The translations under genes were made by a program, and so were the position numbers. From assembly GCA_905182265.1 (NCBI GenBank), contig CAJJAO010000008.1:5742-69741 (forward strand): a stretch of DNA of 64,000 bases, given 5' to 3'. The stretch's first letter is position 1. Each line of letters opens with the position of its first letter. The notes under the pieces were generated by a model. The model had not been told where the DNA came from, searched no databases, and worked only from the letters and a program-made list of their open reading frames with translations. The stretch is from a gamma proteobacterium HTCC2207 (GTDB lineage: Bacteria; Pseudomonadota; Gammaproteobacteria; Pseudomonadales; Porticoccaceae). Below, one piece after another: positions 38,371 through 49,193 of this stretch.

Positions 38371-39816
38371 ATGCCACGCAGAACTAAAATCCTAGCCACC
38401 ATGGGCCCCGCTAGTAGCAGCGACAGCAGCATCAGAGGGCTTATCGAGGCGGGTGTAAATGTATTCCGCCTCAACTTTTCCCATGGCAGTGCAGAGGAAC
38501 ATACTCTGCGGGCACAGGCTGTTCGCCGTATAGGCAAAGAATTAAAAACCCCCGTGGGTATTCTCTGCGATATGCAGGGCCCGAAAATACGCATTGGCAG
38601 TTTTATCGACGACCAAAAAATCGATTTGGCCGATGGCAGCCTATTTACTCTAGACAGCCAATTAGACCCAGAGCTGGGTAATGACAAGGCTGTTTATATA
38701 GCCCAGGACCTGCTTGAAGATATAGACCAAAACGATATCCTTATTCTCGATGATGGCCGATTAACCTTTGAAGTAAAGGTTAAAACAGAACATGCGGTCA
38801 CATGCACTGTGGTGCAGGGCGGCATTTTATCCAGTAAAAAAGGCGTCAATAAATTTGGTGGCGGGCTCTCTGCCAAGGCACTAACCGAAAAAGATAAAGC
38901 AGATATTAAAACCGCTGCAGCATTACATACCGATTACCTAGCGATCTCTTTTGTACAGTCTCGGGCCGATATTGAAGAGACCAGAAAGTTACTCGCCGCC
39001 GCCGACAGTAAAGCCCATATTATTGCCAAGATAGAGCGGGCCGAAGCTATTACCGATGAATTTTTACCTGGCATTATCGAGAGTGCAGACGGGGTAATGG
39101 TAGCTCGTGGAGATCTAGGCGTAGAGATTGGCGATGCCAATCTGGTGGCTGTACAAAAGCAACTTATCGAGGCAGCCAACGCAGCCAATAAAGTAGTGAT
39201 CACCGCGACCCAAATGATGGAGTCTATGATCAGCGCGCCCACCCCCACCCGCGCAGAAGTCTTTGACGTCGCCAATGCAGTGCTCGATGGCACAGATGCA
39301 GTGATGCTGTCAGCAGAGACTGCCGTGGGCAAGTACCCCATAGAAACAGTTAAGGCCATGGCGCGTGTTATTGAAGGTGCAGAGAAGCACCCCCTAGCGC
39401 AACGATCCAAACATAGAATGCACCAAACCTTCGAGCGCATCGACGAATCACTGGCTCTGTCAGCCATGTATGTGGCCAATCACCTACAAGGTGTAAAGGC
39501 TGTTATCTGCATGACCGAAACTGGGTTTACACCACTGCTAATGTCGCGCATTACGTCATCACTGCCAATTTACGCCATGGCTGAAAAGCTGGGTACTTGC
39601 GAAATTACAGCGATGTATAAAGGTGTGGTACCCATTCCGTTCGACACATCAAATCTTGACCCATCTGAGGTTAATCATTGCGCGGTAGAAAAACTGCGGG
39701 AGCACGATGCCATCAGTGACGGTGATCTAGTTCTGATCACCAAAGGCGACTTCGTCAATGTGCACGGTGGCACCAATACATTAAAAATTGTTCGAGTGGG
39801 CGATATTATTCGCTAG
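38371..39816 (+). CDS. pyk: Pyruvate kinase (PykA type)
   Basis: RRTKILATMGP, RLNFSHG, AKIERAEA, VMVARGDLG, MLSAETA. Confidence 0.96.
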   Translation: MPRRTKILATMGPASSSDSSIRGLIEAGVNVFRLNFSHGSAEEHTLRAQAVRRIGKELKTPVGILCDMQGPKIRIGSFIDDQKIDLADGSLFTLDSQLDPELGNDKAVYIAQDLLEDIDQNDILILDDGRLTFEVKVKTEHAVTCTVVQGGILSSKKGVNKFGGGLSAKALTEKDKADIKTAAALHTDYLAISFVQSRADIEETRKLLAAADSKAHIIAKIERAEAITDEFLPGIIESADGVMVARGDLGVEIGDANLVAVQKQLIEAANAANKVVITATQMMESMISAPTPTRAEVFDVANAVLDGTDAVMLSAETAVGKYPIETVKAMARVIEGAEKHPLAQRSKHRMHQTFERIDESLALSAMYVANHLQGVKAVICMTETGFTPLLMSRITSSLPIYAMAEKLGTCEITAMYKGVVPIPFDTSNLDPSEVNHCAVEKLREHDAISDGDLVLITKGDFVNVHGGTNTLKIVRVGDIIR

Positions 39817-39855
39817 CTTGAAAACCCGTCTCTTCCCAGGCCATGGATGGCCTAC

Positions 39856-40545
39856 TTATTTAGACCAATAGATTGCCAATGGCGCAACTTGCTGATTTAA
39901 GATTGCCCGAATAGGCAGCTCGGTAACATCCCCGCCCGCCTGGGCAGCTTTCAATACGTCCTGCTTACCAGCACCGCTGATATGAATAATAATCTGCTGA
40001 GCATTTAAGAGCCGTGGCAATGTCATGCTCATACGCTCATGAGGCGCCGCCGGTGGCGTCACTGCAATCGCCGTGCGCCCTGAATTCATATCCAAGCCAA
40101 GAGTCAGCGCATCGGCGGCTGGAAATAAAGACGCCGTATGGCCGTCATCTCCCATACCTAAAATAACTACCGTAAATCGCCGTATCGCGGCTAGAGCAAG
40201 CTCACAATCTGCCTCACCCTCAACAGCATTAGCCGCTGAATTTTTGAGGGAAATAAACTGCGCCTGATGAGCTTCGTTGATCAGTAAATTTTCTCGCACC
40301 AGTTTTTCATTGCTATCTGTATGCTCAGAATCTACCCAGCGCTCATCGGCTAAGGTCACTGTTACCAGACGCCAATCTAATGCTTGCTGAGAGAGCAGAT
40401 GAAAGAAACCCATCGGCGTTCGACCCCCAGATACTACAAGAGAGGCAGTACCTGTAGACTCAATATCAGCCGCTAGTAAGCCAACGACCTTTTCCGCCAA
40501 CTCGATATCAAGCGCAGAGGTGTTTTCAAATTCGAGCATATTCAT
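39856..40545 (-). CDS. pgl: 6-phosphogluconolactonase
   Basis: VSGGRTP, DERWV, LGMGDDGHTASLFP, RMSMTL. Confidence 0.95.
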   Translation of the reverse strand: MNMLEFENTSALDIELAEKVVGLLAADIESTGTASLVVSGGRTPMGFFHLLSQQALDWRLVTVTLADERWVDSEHTDSNEKLVRENLLINEAHQAQFISLKNSAANAVEGEADCELALAAIRRFTVVILGMGDDGHTASLFPAADALTLGLDMNSGRTAIAVTPPAAPHERMSMTLPRLLNAQQIIIHISGAGKQDVLKAAQAGGDVTELPIRAILNQQVAPLAIYWSK

Positions 40546-40547
40546 GG

Positions 40548-42008
40548 CTAGTCCTCGTGCCAGCTGCGATTATCATTTTCAATTAATATTTCAGCTTTTG
40601 CTGGGCCTAAAGAGCCAGCGCTGTAGGATTTAGTGCCCATTTTCTGCTCAGACCAAGCATCCAATAATGTGTCACACCAGCGCCAGGAAGCTTCGATTTC
40701 TTCGCGGCTCACAAACAGCCATTGGTCGCCTTTGATCACTTCTAACAGTAACCGCTCATAGGCATCGGCAATCCGTGACTCACCCTCGGAGTCAAAGAAA
40801 TCCAAATTCAGGGTGCGTTTTTCGACACCCATACGCTGCTTAAGGCTCTGTCTTTTAGAGACCATTTCCAGCTGAATACCTTCGTTGGGCTGCAAATTAA
40901 TAATCAGGCGATTGTTGGCGTCATTGTTGGTCTCAGGAAAAAGTGAATGAGGATTATCTTTATAGGTAATCACCACCTGAGTCACCTTGTCTTTCATACG
41001 CTTGCCGGTGCGCAGATAAAACGGCACGCCATTCCAGCGCCAGTTATCAATATAAACTTTGAGAGCCACATAGGTTTCGTTGTTACTGCTATCTCCAGTA
41101 CAGCCCTCTTCTTCCATATAGCCCACAACGGGCTCACCAGCGACCCAACCAGCGGAATACTGGCCACGCACAGCCTGGTCCACTACGTTGCTTGTATCTA
41201 TAGGGCTCAGCGCTCTAAGTAGCTTAACTTTCTCTGCTCTTATCTCGTCGGCTTCAAGAGAATTTGGCGGCTCCATGGCAACCATACACAGCAGCTGCAA
41301 CAGATGGTTCTGTACCATGTCACGTAGCTGGCCGACGTTATCGTAGTAAGACCAACGCCCCTCAATACCGACTGTCTCAGCGGCCGTGATCTGCACATGG
41401 TCAATACAGCTATTGTCCCACTGGGAATTAATCATGCGATTGGCAAAACGCAGGGCCAACAAATTCTGTACTGTCTCTTTACCTAGGTAATGGTCAATAC
41501 GATAAATATTACGTTCAGGAAAATAACGACCGACCGTATCATTCACTTCTTGAGAGCTTTTTAAATCATGGCCAATTGGCTTTTCTAGCACTATGCGTGA
41601 GGTTTTCTCCACACAGCCAGCTTCGTCCAAATGTTTACAGATAGAACCAAAAATACTCGGCGGAGTAGCCATGTAATAAATCATGGTACGCTTTTCAATG
41701 GTCCAAGCTTTTAGTGCCGCAAACTGCTTTTTCTGGGTAAAGTCGATACGGATGTATTGCAGGCGATGACTAAATTTTTCCCACACTGCATCGTCCCAGT
41801 CGGCTTGCTCTATCGTAGCCTTAAGCGACACATGCATCTGCTCAATAAAAGCGATGCTGTCCATATCCTCTCGGGCAACACCGGCAATGCGCACGCTGTC
41901 GGCCAGCAAACCCGCTTTGTCGAGTTGATATAGGGCAGGAAATAGTTTGCGCTTAGAAAGGTCGCCACGAGCGCCAAAAATAACCAGATCAATATTACTG
42001 TCCATCAT
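40548..42008 (-). CDS. zwf: Glucose-6-phosphate 1-dehydrogenase
   Basis: FGARGDLSKRKL, LEKPIG, YRIDHYLGKETVQN, GVPFYLRTGK. Confidence 0.97.
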   Translation of the reverse strand: MMDSNIDLVIFGARGDLSKRKLFPALYQLDKAGLLADSVRIAGVAREDMDSIAFIEQMHVSLKATIEQADWDDAVWEKFSHRLQYIRIDFTQKKQFAALKAWTIEKRTMIYYMATPPSIFGSICKHLDEAGCVEKTSRIVLEKPIGHDLKSSQEVNDTVGRYFPERNIYRIDHYLGKETVQNLLALRFANRMINSQWDNSCIDHVQITAAETVGIEGRWSYYDNVGQLRDMVQNHLLQLLCMVAMEPPNSLEADEIRAEKVKLLRALSPIDTSNVVDQAVRGQYSAGWVAGEPVVGYMEEEGCTGDSSNNETYVALKVYIDNWRWNGVPFYLRTGKRMKDKVTQVVITYKDNPHSLFPETNNDANNRLIINLQPNEGIQLEMVSKRQSLKQRMGVEKRTLNLDFFDSEGESRIADAYERLLLEVIKGDQWLFVSREEIEASWRWCDTLLDAWSEQKMGTKSYSAGSLGPAKAEILIENDNRSWHED

Positions 42009-42056
42009 AAACCTCATGTTCAGAGTGCTTTATACCACTTTTAGACTGCATATAAC

Positions 42057-42674
42057 CTAGCCTGCAAGTGTAACTGCTTCTCTCGCCAGCTGTTCAATAT
42101 CAGCCCAACGCTTTTCTTGAATAAGTTTTGTCTCAGCAATCCAGGAGCCACCGACACAGAGAACATTAGGTAAAGCTAAATAGCTCAACACATTATGTAA
42201 ACCAATACCGCCAGTGGGGCAGAATCTAATATCGCCAAAGGGCCCGCCCATGGCTTTTAATACAGGGACGCCGCCAGAGGCTTCTGCTGGAAAGAATTTG
42301 AAATCACTGTAGCCATATTCCATCCCGCGCATCAGCTCACTCACAGAAGATATACCCGGTAAAAAAGGCACAGAACTGTTTTCTGCGGCGCGTAACAATT
42401 TATCTGTGGCACCGGGTGAAATCATAAACTGGCAGCCCAGATCTTCGGACAGCTTTATGTGCTGTTCGGTACAAACGGTTCCCGTGCCCACAATGGCCTC
42501 GGGAACATGCTTAACAATTTGCCGTATTCCCTCTACCGCTGCTTCTGTTCTAAGGGTCACTTCAAGAACCTTTAGCCCGCCGGCCACTAGGGCTTGAGCT
42601 AGGGGAACAGCATCGTCTACTCTATCTAACGTAATCACTGGAATGACTGGATTACCAGCCAATAAATGTCGCAC
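42057..42674 (-). CDS. eda: KDPG aldolase
   Basis: LEVTLRT, KFFPAEASGG, FCPTGGI. Confidence 0.96.
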   Translation of the reverse strand: MRHLLAGNPVIPVITLDRVDDAVPLAQALVAGGLKVLEVTLRTEAAVEGIRQIVKHVPEAIVGTGTVCTEQHIKLSEDLGCQFMISPGATDKLLRAAENSSVPFLPGISSVSELMRGMEYGYSDFKFFPAEASGGVPVLKAMGGPFGDIRFCPTGGIGLHNVLSYLALPNVLCVGGSWIAETKLIQEKRWADIEQLAREAVTLAG

Positions 42675-42684
42675 TTACAACTCC

Positions 42685-43659
42685 TTAAATTTGCTGTAAT
42701 TTCTTCGCTGCACCCAGCAGGCCCAGATTACTGCGGACCACTAAATAGACAGGTATCGGCTGCAAGTAGCTAACAAACCGACCCTTATCCTCAAACTTGC
42801 TGCGAAAACCACTGTTGATAAAAAATTCTTGAAAGCGAGGAATAACGCCACCCGCAATATAGATACCACCCTTTGCTCCAAAGGTCAGGGCCAAATTACC
42901 GGCAGCCGAGCCCATGCCTTCACAGAACATATTTAATGTCTGTAGCGCTTTGCTGTCATTATTTTCTAAAGCCGCCGCGACTACTTCAGCGGGGGTTTCG
43001 TACTGAGCCTCAACGCCCTCAATGGAGCACAGAGCTGTGTAAATATTAAGAATGCCTTTACCCGATAGCAGTCGCTCTAATGACACCCGGCCATAACGCT
43101 CGCGCAGGCAATTAACCACCGCGCTCTGCACATCATCGATGGGCGCATAGTCCGCATGGCCACCTTCGGTATCAACGACATGGTAGCCGTCGGAGTGACG
43201 CACTAGACCCGCAACACCGAGCCCGGTACCAGCGCCCAGAATACCAATAGGTTTAGTACTGACTGCATCGCTACCACCCACTTTTACAAGGTCGCTTTCA
43301 TCTAGCTCGGTAATACCATGGGCCACGGCTTCAAAGTCATTAATAACTGACACATTGTCACAGCCCAGAGACTGTTTGAGCTGGCTTTTGGTAAATTTCC
43401 AATGGCTATTGGTAAAGGCAATCTCTTCATTATCGGCAGGGCATGCAACGGCAAAACAAACATTGGCTGGCGCATTTTCCCAGCCAGTCGCTACGGCGAT
43501 CTCTGCCAACAAACCATCGATCAAATCAGTAAAATGCGGGTACTCCTCAACGGAATGATGAAACTCATACTCGCTTTCCAGACTGCCATCATCTAATAGA
43601 GCTGAAAAACGCGCATTAGTGCCGCCAATATCGGCCACCAAATTCCATTGAGTTGTCAT
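42685..43659 (-). CDS. glk: Glucokinase
   Basis: ADIGGTNARF, INDFEA, GAGTGLG, EGGH, GGIYIAGG. Confidence 0.95.
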   Translation of the reverse strand: MTTQWNLVADIGGTNARFSALLDDGSLESEYEFHHSVEEYPHFTDLIDGLLAEIAVATGWENAPANVCFAVACPADNEEIAFTNSHWKFTKSQLKQSLGCDNVSVINDFEAVAHGITELDESDLVKVGGSDAVSTKPIGILGAGTGLGVAGLVRHSDGYHVVDTEGGHADYAPIDDVQSAVVNCLRERYGRVSLERLLSGKGILNIYTALCSIEGVEAQYETPAEVVAAALENNDSKALQTLNMFCEGMGSAAGNLALTFGAKGGIYIAGGVIPRFQEFFINSGFRSKFEDKGRFVSYLQPIPVYLVVRSNLGLLGAAKKLQQI

Positions 43660-43662
43660 AGC

Positions 43663-45489
43663 TTATTCCCCGCCAAACAGGAAAGAAGCGCCCTGCTCTG
43701 CATTGCTAATATTATGGCGATTAACCGCAAAGTATTCTCTGCCACAGCCTCGCTGACCGGCACTAGACTGCTGCGCAGGCTCACGACCTTCAAGTTCATT
43801 AATATCACCAACAAACATCAGCTCGCCGGTCACTGCATTAACACGAATTATATCGCCGTCGTGAATGCGGGCTAACAGGCCACCATTAGCGGCTTCTGGT
43901 ACCAAATGAATCGCCGCAGGAATTTTACCTGAGGCTCCAGACATGCGGCCATCAGTGACTAATGCCACTTTAAACCCCTTGTCCTGCAAGATACCCAAAA
44001 ATGGGGTCAGCTTATGTAGCTCGGGCATGCCCAAGGCTTTTGGACCTTGAAAGCGCACGACAACGACACAGTCCCGGTCCAAAGACCCAGACTTAAATAA
44101 AGGCTCCAAATTATCCTGGGCGTCAATCACTACAGCTGGCGCCTCAACAATATGGTTTTCTGGGGCGACCGCAGATACCTTGATTACACCGCGACCTAGA
44201 TTACCGCTTAGTAGACGCAGACCGCCCTCTTTAGAAAACGGCTGATCAACAGTAGTTAAGACCTCTGTATCTAACGGCGTTATAGGCGACTGTTGCCAAA
44301 CAATTTTGTGGTCTTCGTTGAGCTTTGGCTCCTGTGTAAACTCAGCAAAACTGGTCCCCCAAGAGGTTCTGGCATCGCCGTGCATAAAACCAGCGCCTAA
44401 CAGCTGCCGAAATAGGCAGCTAGTGCCTCCAGCTGCGTGAAAGTGATTCACGTCGGCCTGACCATTGGGATAAACCCTAGCTAAAAGTGGTACCGCCGCA
44501 CTGAGCTCAGAAATATCATCCCAGTTAAGAATAATGCCAGCGGCTCGAGCAATGGCAACAAGGTGCATGGTGTGATTGGTTGAGCCTCCAGAAGCCAACA
44601 GCGCCACAGTGCCGTTGACAATAGATCGCTCGTCAACAACCTCACCCACAGGGCGATAGTCATTGCCTAGGGCAGTAATGCGCGCCAACTGGTAACCGGC
44701 TTCAGCGGTCAACTTATCCCGCAACGGGTTTTCGGGGTTAACAAAAGAGCTACCAGGCATCTGCAAGCCCATGGCTTCAAGTACCATCTGGTTGCTATTA
44801 GCAGTGCCATAAAAAGTACAGGTGCCCGCACTATGATAAGAATCTGATTCGGCTTGAAGTAACTCTTCGCGGTCAATTTTACCTTCGGCATATAACTGGC
44901 GAATACGCTGCTTTTCTTTATTGGGCAGCCCTGACTCCATGGGACCCGCCGGCACAAATAGCGCGGGCAAATAACCAAAGCTCAGTACACCCATAATCAG
45001 ACCGGGAACAATTTTGTCGCAGATACCTAGGGCTAAAACCCCGTCAAACATCTGGTGGGACAACGACATAGCGGTACATTGGGCTATCAGGTCACGGCTT
45101 AACAGACTCAGCTCCATGCCGTCTTGGCCCTGAGTCACTCCATCGCACATGGCGGGAACGCCACCGGCAACCTGAGCTGTACAGCCAATTTCACGCATGG
45201 CTTGCTTGAGCTTATCTGGGTAGGTGGCATAGGGCTGGTGAGCAGAGAGCATATCGTTGTAGGAAGTCACAATGGCCATATTGGCCGCTTCCATCATACG
45301 CAGGCTATTTTTATCATCTTCACCGCAGGCGGCAAAACCATGGGCAAGATTGCCACAGCTCAATTTTCCACGTTCTGGGCGGTTGCTATAATCTTCAGCT
45401 ATTTGACGCAAATAATCAGCACGCAACGTCGCGCTGCGCTCTATAATGCGCTGCGTAACAGCAGCGATTTTGGGGTTAATCTGGCCCAT
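43663..45489 (-). CDS. edd: Phosphogluconate dehydratase
   Basis: [46 protein letters not shown]; start ATG 45489. Confidence 0.97.
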   Translation of the reverse strand: MGQINPKIAAVTQRIIERSATLRADYLRQIAEDYSNRPERGKLSCGNLAHGFAACGEDDKNSLRMMEAANMAIVTSYNDMLSAHQPYATYPDKLKQAMREIGCTAQVAGGVPAMCDGVTQGQDGMELSLLSRDLIAQCTAMSLSHQMFDGVLALGICDKIVPGLIMGVLSFGYLPALFVPAGPMESGLPNKEKQRIRQLYAEGKIDREELLQAESDSYHSAGTCTFYGTANSNQMVLEAMGLQMPGSSFVNPENPLRDKLTAEAGYQLARITALGNDYRPVGEVVDERSIVNGTVALLASGGSTNHTMHLVAIARAAGIILNWDDISELSAAVPLLARVYPNGQADVNHFHAAGGTSCLFRQLLGAGFMHGDARTSWGTSFAEFTQEPKLNEDHKIVWQQSPITPLDTEVLTTVDQPFSKEGGLRLLSGNLGRGVIKVSAVAPENHIVEAPAVVIDAQDNLEPLFKSGSLDRDCVVVVRFQGPKALGMPELHKLTPFLGILQDKGFKVALVTDGRMSGASGKIPAAIHLVPEAANGGLLARIHDGDIIRVNAVTGELMFVGDINELEGREPAQQSSAGQRGCGREYFAVNRHNISNAEQGASFLFGGE

Positions 45490-45517
45490 AATGGCTCCGA
45501 AATGACAATGGGCCAAG

Positions 45518-45585
45518 TGTAACAAAATTACACAAATTAGCCATATTTAATCCATTAAACGGGGTAACTATGTAATTTTATTACA
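45518..45585. promoter_or_regulatory. Two HexR-type operators in the edd-pgi divergon
   Basis: TGTAACAAAATTACA (45518-45532) and perfect TGTAATTTTATTACA (45571-45585). Confidence 0.8.
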
Positions 45586-45666
45586 ATTTGCCCTGTTAAT
45601 AGCAGCTCTAAAAGAATGCAAGTTTACGCTGTTAACCAACAGCCTCAAACAGGAAATAAGCCGCCA

Positions 45667-47262
45667 ATGAACGATAAATCCTATTCGCCCTCTTCCACCG
45701 CAGCTTGGTCTGCTCTGCATTCAAAGGCCAGCGACACGAAAGAGGCTCGTATTACAGACCTATTTGCCACTGACCCCCAGCGCGTTAACAAATTTTCATT
45801 GAGTGTCGGTGACTTATTTTTGGATTTCTCTAAAAACTTGGTGAGCGATAGTGTTTGGTCAGCTCTGCTGGCCCTGGCTGAACAGTCGCCATTAGAAAGC
45901 CATCGCAGTGCTATGTTTTCTGGCCAGCCCATTAACAACACCGAAGGTCGCGCCGTTTTACATGCGGCCCTGAGAGCCGAGCTAACAGACGCCAAAACTG
46001 ATGAAGAAAAAGCCCGAATTACTCAGGTTAAAGAGCAGCTGCAAGCGGTAAAGCAGGCCAGCGATAAAATTCGTGCTGGCCAATGGCTTGGCAGTACGGG
46101 CAAAGCGATTACTGATGTGGTCAATATAGGCATTGGCGGTTCTGACTTAGGCCCCAAATTGGCCTGTGCTGCGCTGGAAGAGTATTCTCACCCAGATCTC
46201 AACCTGCACTTTATTTCCAATGTCGATGGCGCCGAGATTTTAACCACCTTAAAGAAGCTTAATCCTGAGACCACATTAGTGGCTCTTGCCAGTAAGACTT
46301 TTACGACTCAGGAAACCCTGCTGAATGCCAAGACCGCGATAGACTGGTTTAAGGAAAAATTAGGGCTAGAAAATGCCCAGAGCACCAGCCACTTTGTGGG
46401 CCTAACCGCTAATCCAGATAACGCCAAAGCCTATGGTATTCCCGACGACCAGATTCTGGCCTTTGCGGACTGGGTTGGAGGTCGTTACTCCCTCTGGTCA
46501 AGCATTGGCCTGTCCATTGCCATCAGCATCGGTTTTGAACAGTTTGAGCAGATGTTAGCCGGCGCCCGTGAGATGGATATCCATTTCCAGCAAGCTCCTC
46601 TAGAACGCAATATGCCAGTGATCATGGCCCTGCTCGGCATCTGGTACAGCAACTTCCTGAATATCGAATCCACTGCTGTTATTCCCTACTGTGAGCGGCT
46701 GTTATTACTACCCTCTTACCTACAGCAGCTAGATATGGAGAGCAACGGCAAAGCGACCCAGCGAAATGGTGAGCCCGTAGACTATGAAACCGGCGCCATA
46801 CTTTGGGGTCAGACAGGCACCAATGGCCAGCATGCTTTTTTTCAGCTGTTACATCAGGGCACCAGAACGGTTCCCATCGACTTTATTGCTGCCGCTAAAG
46901 ATAACCTCAGCAACGCAGAGCATCACCCAGTGCTGCTAGGCAATATGCTCGCCCAGTCCGCCGCACTAATGACTGGACAGGCAGCTCCAGAAGGCCAACA
47001 ACACCGATTTTATCCCGGCAATAAACCCTCTAATACTCTGCTGTTAAAGGAGCTATCACCAAAGAATTTCGGCGCATTGATTGCCCTCTACGAGCACAAG
47101 GTCTTTGTGCAGGGCAGCATCTGGAACATTAATTCGTTTGATCAATGGGGCGTAGAATTGGGCAAAAAAATGGCCAATGAATTTTTGGCTGGTGATTTGG
47201 AAACTGCTGATTTTGATCCGTCGACCCAGGCTTTATTTGCCTTTATTGAGGAAAATAGCTAG
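45667..47262 (+). CDS. pgi: Glucose-6-phosphate isomerase
   Basis: [49 protein letters not shown]; start probably 45667. Confidence 0.96.
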   Translation: MNDKSYSPSSTAAWSALHSKASDTKEARITDLFATDPQRVNKFSLSVGDLFLDFSKNLVSDSVWSALLALAEQSPLESHRSAMFSGQPINNTEGRAVLHAALRAELTDAKTDEEKARITQVKEQLQAVKQASDKIRAGQWLGSTGKAITDVVNIGIGGSDLGPKLACAALEEYSHPDLNLHFISNVDGAEILTTLKKLNPETTLVALASKTFTTQETLLNAKTAIDWFKEKLGLENAQSTSHFVGLTANPDNAKAYGIPDDQILAFADWVGGRYSLWSSIGLSIAISIGFEQFEQMLAGAREMDIHFQQAPLERNMPVIMALLGIWYSNFLNIESTAVIPYCERLLLLPSYLQQLDMESNGKATQRNGEPVDYETGAILWGQTGTNGQHAFFQLLHQGTRTVPIDFIAAAKDNLSNAEHHPVLLGNMLAQSAALMTGQAAPEGQQHRFYPGNKPSNTLLLKELSPKNFGALIALYEHKVFVQGSIWNINSFDQWGVELGKKMANEFLAGDLETADFDPSTQALFAFIEENS

Positions 47263-48206
47263 CTGGCTTTTTCTGCCCGAAGTTCTTTTGGCAGTGAAAA
47301 ACTAACATTCTCCACAACACCATCCAGCTCCATGGGTGGTTTGGCACCCAGCTCAACCAGCCGATCAATCACATCTTGCACCAGCACTTCTGGTGCAGAG
47401 GCACCGGCAGTCAGGCCAATGGAGTCGATGTTGGCCAGCCAGTCCGGCTGAATATCTTGGGGCCCATCAATCAGATAGGCTGTGCAGCCACAGCGCTCGG
47501 CTAACTCGCGGAGGCGGTTAGAGTTTGAGCTGGCCACAGAACCCACCACCAGTACCAAATCAGATTCAATGGCGAGCTGTTTAACCGCATCTTGACGGTT
47601 TTGGGTGGCATAGCATATATCGTCTTTGCGGGGCCCACGAATCAGAGGAAACTTTTTACGCAGAGCATCGATCACCAGCGCGGTGTCATCCATGGACAAT
47701 GTAGTCTGGGTAACAAAAGCCAGCTTAGAAGGGTCATTAACTTCAAGGGCCAAAACATCCTGTTCATTTTCGACCAAATAAATTTTGCCATCGGTTGATT
47801 GCTGGTACTGACCCATGGTGCCTTCAACTTCTGGATGCCCCGCATGGCCAATCAACACGCATTCCATACCATCGCCAGAATATTTAGTCACTTCAATATG
47901 CACCTTGGTCACCAACGGACAGGTCGCATCAAATACTTTTAACTGGCGCTCGGCAGCTTCTTTTTGTACGGCTTGGGAAACACCGTGAGCACTAAAAATC
48001 ACAATCACATCGTCGGGGATTTCGTCTAATTCATCGACAAAAATAGCACCGCGATCCCGCAATTTATCCACTACAAATTTGTTGTGTACTACTTCGTGAC
48101 GCACATAAACTGGGGCACCAAAGACATCCAACGCGCGGTCGACAATATCGATAGCGCGGTCAACACCGGCACAAAAACCACGGGGGTTAGCCAGCTTAAT
48201 GTCCAT
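47259..48206 (-). CDS. ispH: 4-hydroxy-3-methylbut-2-enyl diphosphate reductase
   Basis: [34 protein letters not shown]. Confidence 0.97.
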   Translation of the reverse strand: MDIKLANPRGFCAGVDRAIDIVDRALDVFGAPVYVRHEVVHNKFVVDKLRDRGAIFVDELDEIPDDVIVIFSAHGVSQAVQKEAAERQLKVFDATCPLVTKVHIEVTKYSGDGMECVLIGHAGHPEVEGTMGQYQQSTDGKIYLVENEQDVLALEVNDPSKLAFVTQTTLSMDDTALVIDALRKKFPLIRGPRKDDICYATQNRQDAVKQLAIESDLVLVVGSVASSNSNRLRELAERCGCTAYLIDGPQDIQPDWLANIDSIGLTAGASAPEVLVQDVIDRLVELGAKPPMELDGVVENVSFSLPKELRAEKAS

Positions 48207-48649
48207 TAGTGAACCTGCGCCGGAGAGACGCTGAGAATATTTACGCGAAAGAGAATATTCACGCCCGCCAGCGGATGGTTAAAATCTACCATAATCTCTT
48301 TATCGTCTAGCTCCACAATAACTCCTGGCAGCTCGCCGTCGCCATTTTGAAAAGAGTACATAGCGCCAACTTCGAGTTCATCGTCATCAAAATTGCCTCG
48401 CTCGACCGCCTGCACATTTTGCGGATTGTGTTGCCCAAAGGCATTTTCTGGGGTGATGGTAAATTCACGCTCATCACCATCGACCAAGCCCATCAATGCA
48501 ACTTCAAAACCTGGCAACAAATTACCATCGCCCACGGTAAAGGTCGCCGGTTTGCCTTCAAAATTTGAGTCCACCACATGCCCGTCCTCTAAAGAGAGGG
48601 CAAAATGCAGGGTTACGTTAGTTCCAGTTTCAATAGGTATTGTCATCAT
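48206..48649 (-). CDS. fkpB: FKBP-type peptidyl-prolyl isomerase (SlpA/FkpB)
   Basis: [26 protein letters not shown]; between lspA and ispH. Confidence 0.92.
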   Translation of the reverse strand: MMTIPIETGTNVTLHFALSLEDGHVVDSNFEGKPATFTVGDGNLLPGFEVALMGLVDGDEREFTITPENAFGQHNPQNVQAVERGNFDDDELEVGAMYSFQNGDGELPGVIVELDDKEIMVDFNHPLAGVNILFRVNILSVSPAQVH

Positions 48650-48653
48650 ATGT

Positions 48654-49193
48654 CTACTCGCTATCAGTCCCTGAGCTATTTGGCTTATTAATAAAGCCGT
48701 CCAAAATCAACAGTATTGCGCCTACCGAGATACCGCTATCGGCAACATTAAACGCTGGAAAATGCATGCCAGACCAGTGAAAGTCTAAAAAATCAACCAC
48801 ATAGCCTAGGGTTAAACGGTCGTAGAGGTTGCCAAGGGCACCCCCGAGAATCAGTGCCAGAGCAATGCCTTCGAGCTTACGGTTTACGGGCAAGCGCGCC
48901 AGCCAAACCGCTATCACTATGCTGATGCCTGCGGCTAAAATACTAAATCCCCAGCGCTGCCAACCACCGGCATCGCTCAAAAAACTAAAAGCAGCACCAT
49001 AATTGTGGGCCCGCACCAGGTTAAAGAAGCCAGTAAAAAACTCCCCGTCACCATAGGCGTAGCGTTCCATAATCCACAGTTTGGTGTACTGGTCAGACAG
49101 CAACACCGCAGCGGCAATAGCAAACCAAACTAATGTATAGGCCTGTAATCTAGGTCTAAGCATAGTAAATCTAAGCATAGTGGCGCGCTTCAT
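48654..49193 (-). CDS. lspA: Lipoprotein signal peptidase II (start uncertain)
   Basis: [35 protein letters not shown]. Confidence 0.95.
   Translation of the reverse strand: MKRATMLRFTMLRPRLQAYTLVWFAIAAAVLLSDQYTKLWIMERYAYGDGEFFTGFFNLVRAHNYGAAFSFLSDAGGWQRWGFSILAAGISIVIAVWLARLPVNRKLEGIALALILGGALGNLYDRLTLGYVVDFLDFHWSGMHFPAFNVADSGISVGAILLILDGFINKPNSSGTDSE
49155..49181. repeat. 15-bp-period duplication of the ileS stop-codon region
   Basis: tctaagcatagt at 49155-49166 and 49170-49181; the second copy carries the ileS TAG. Confidence 0.7.
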
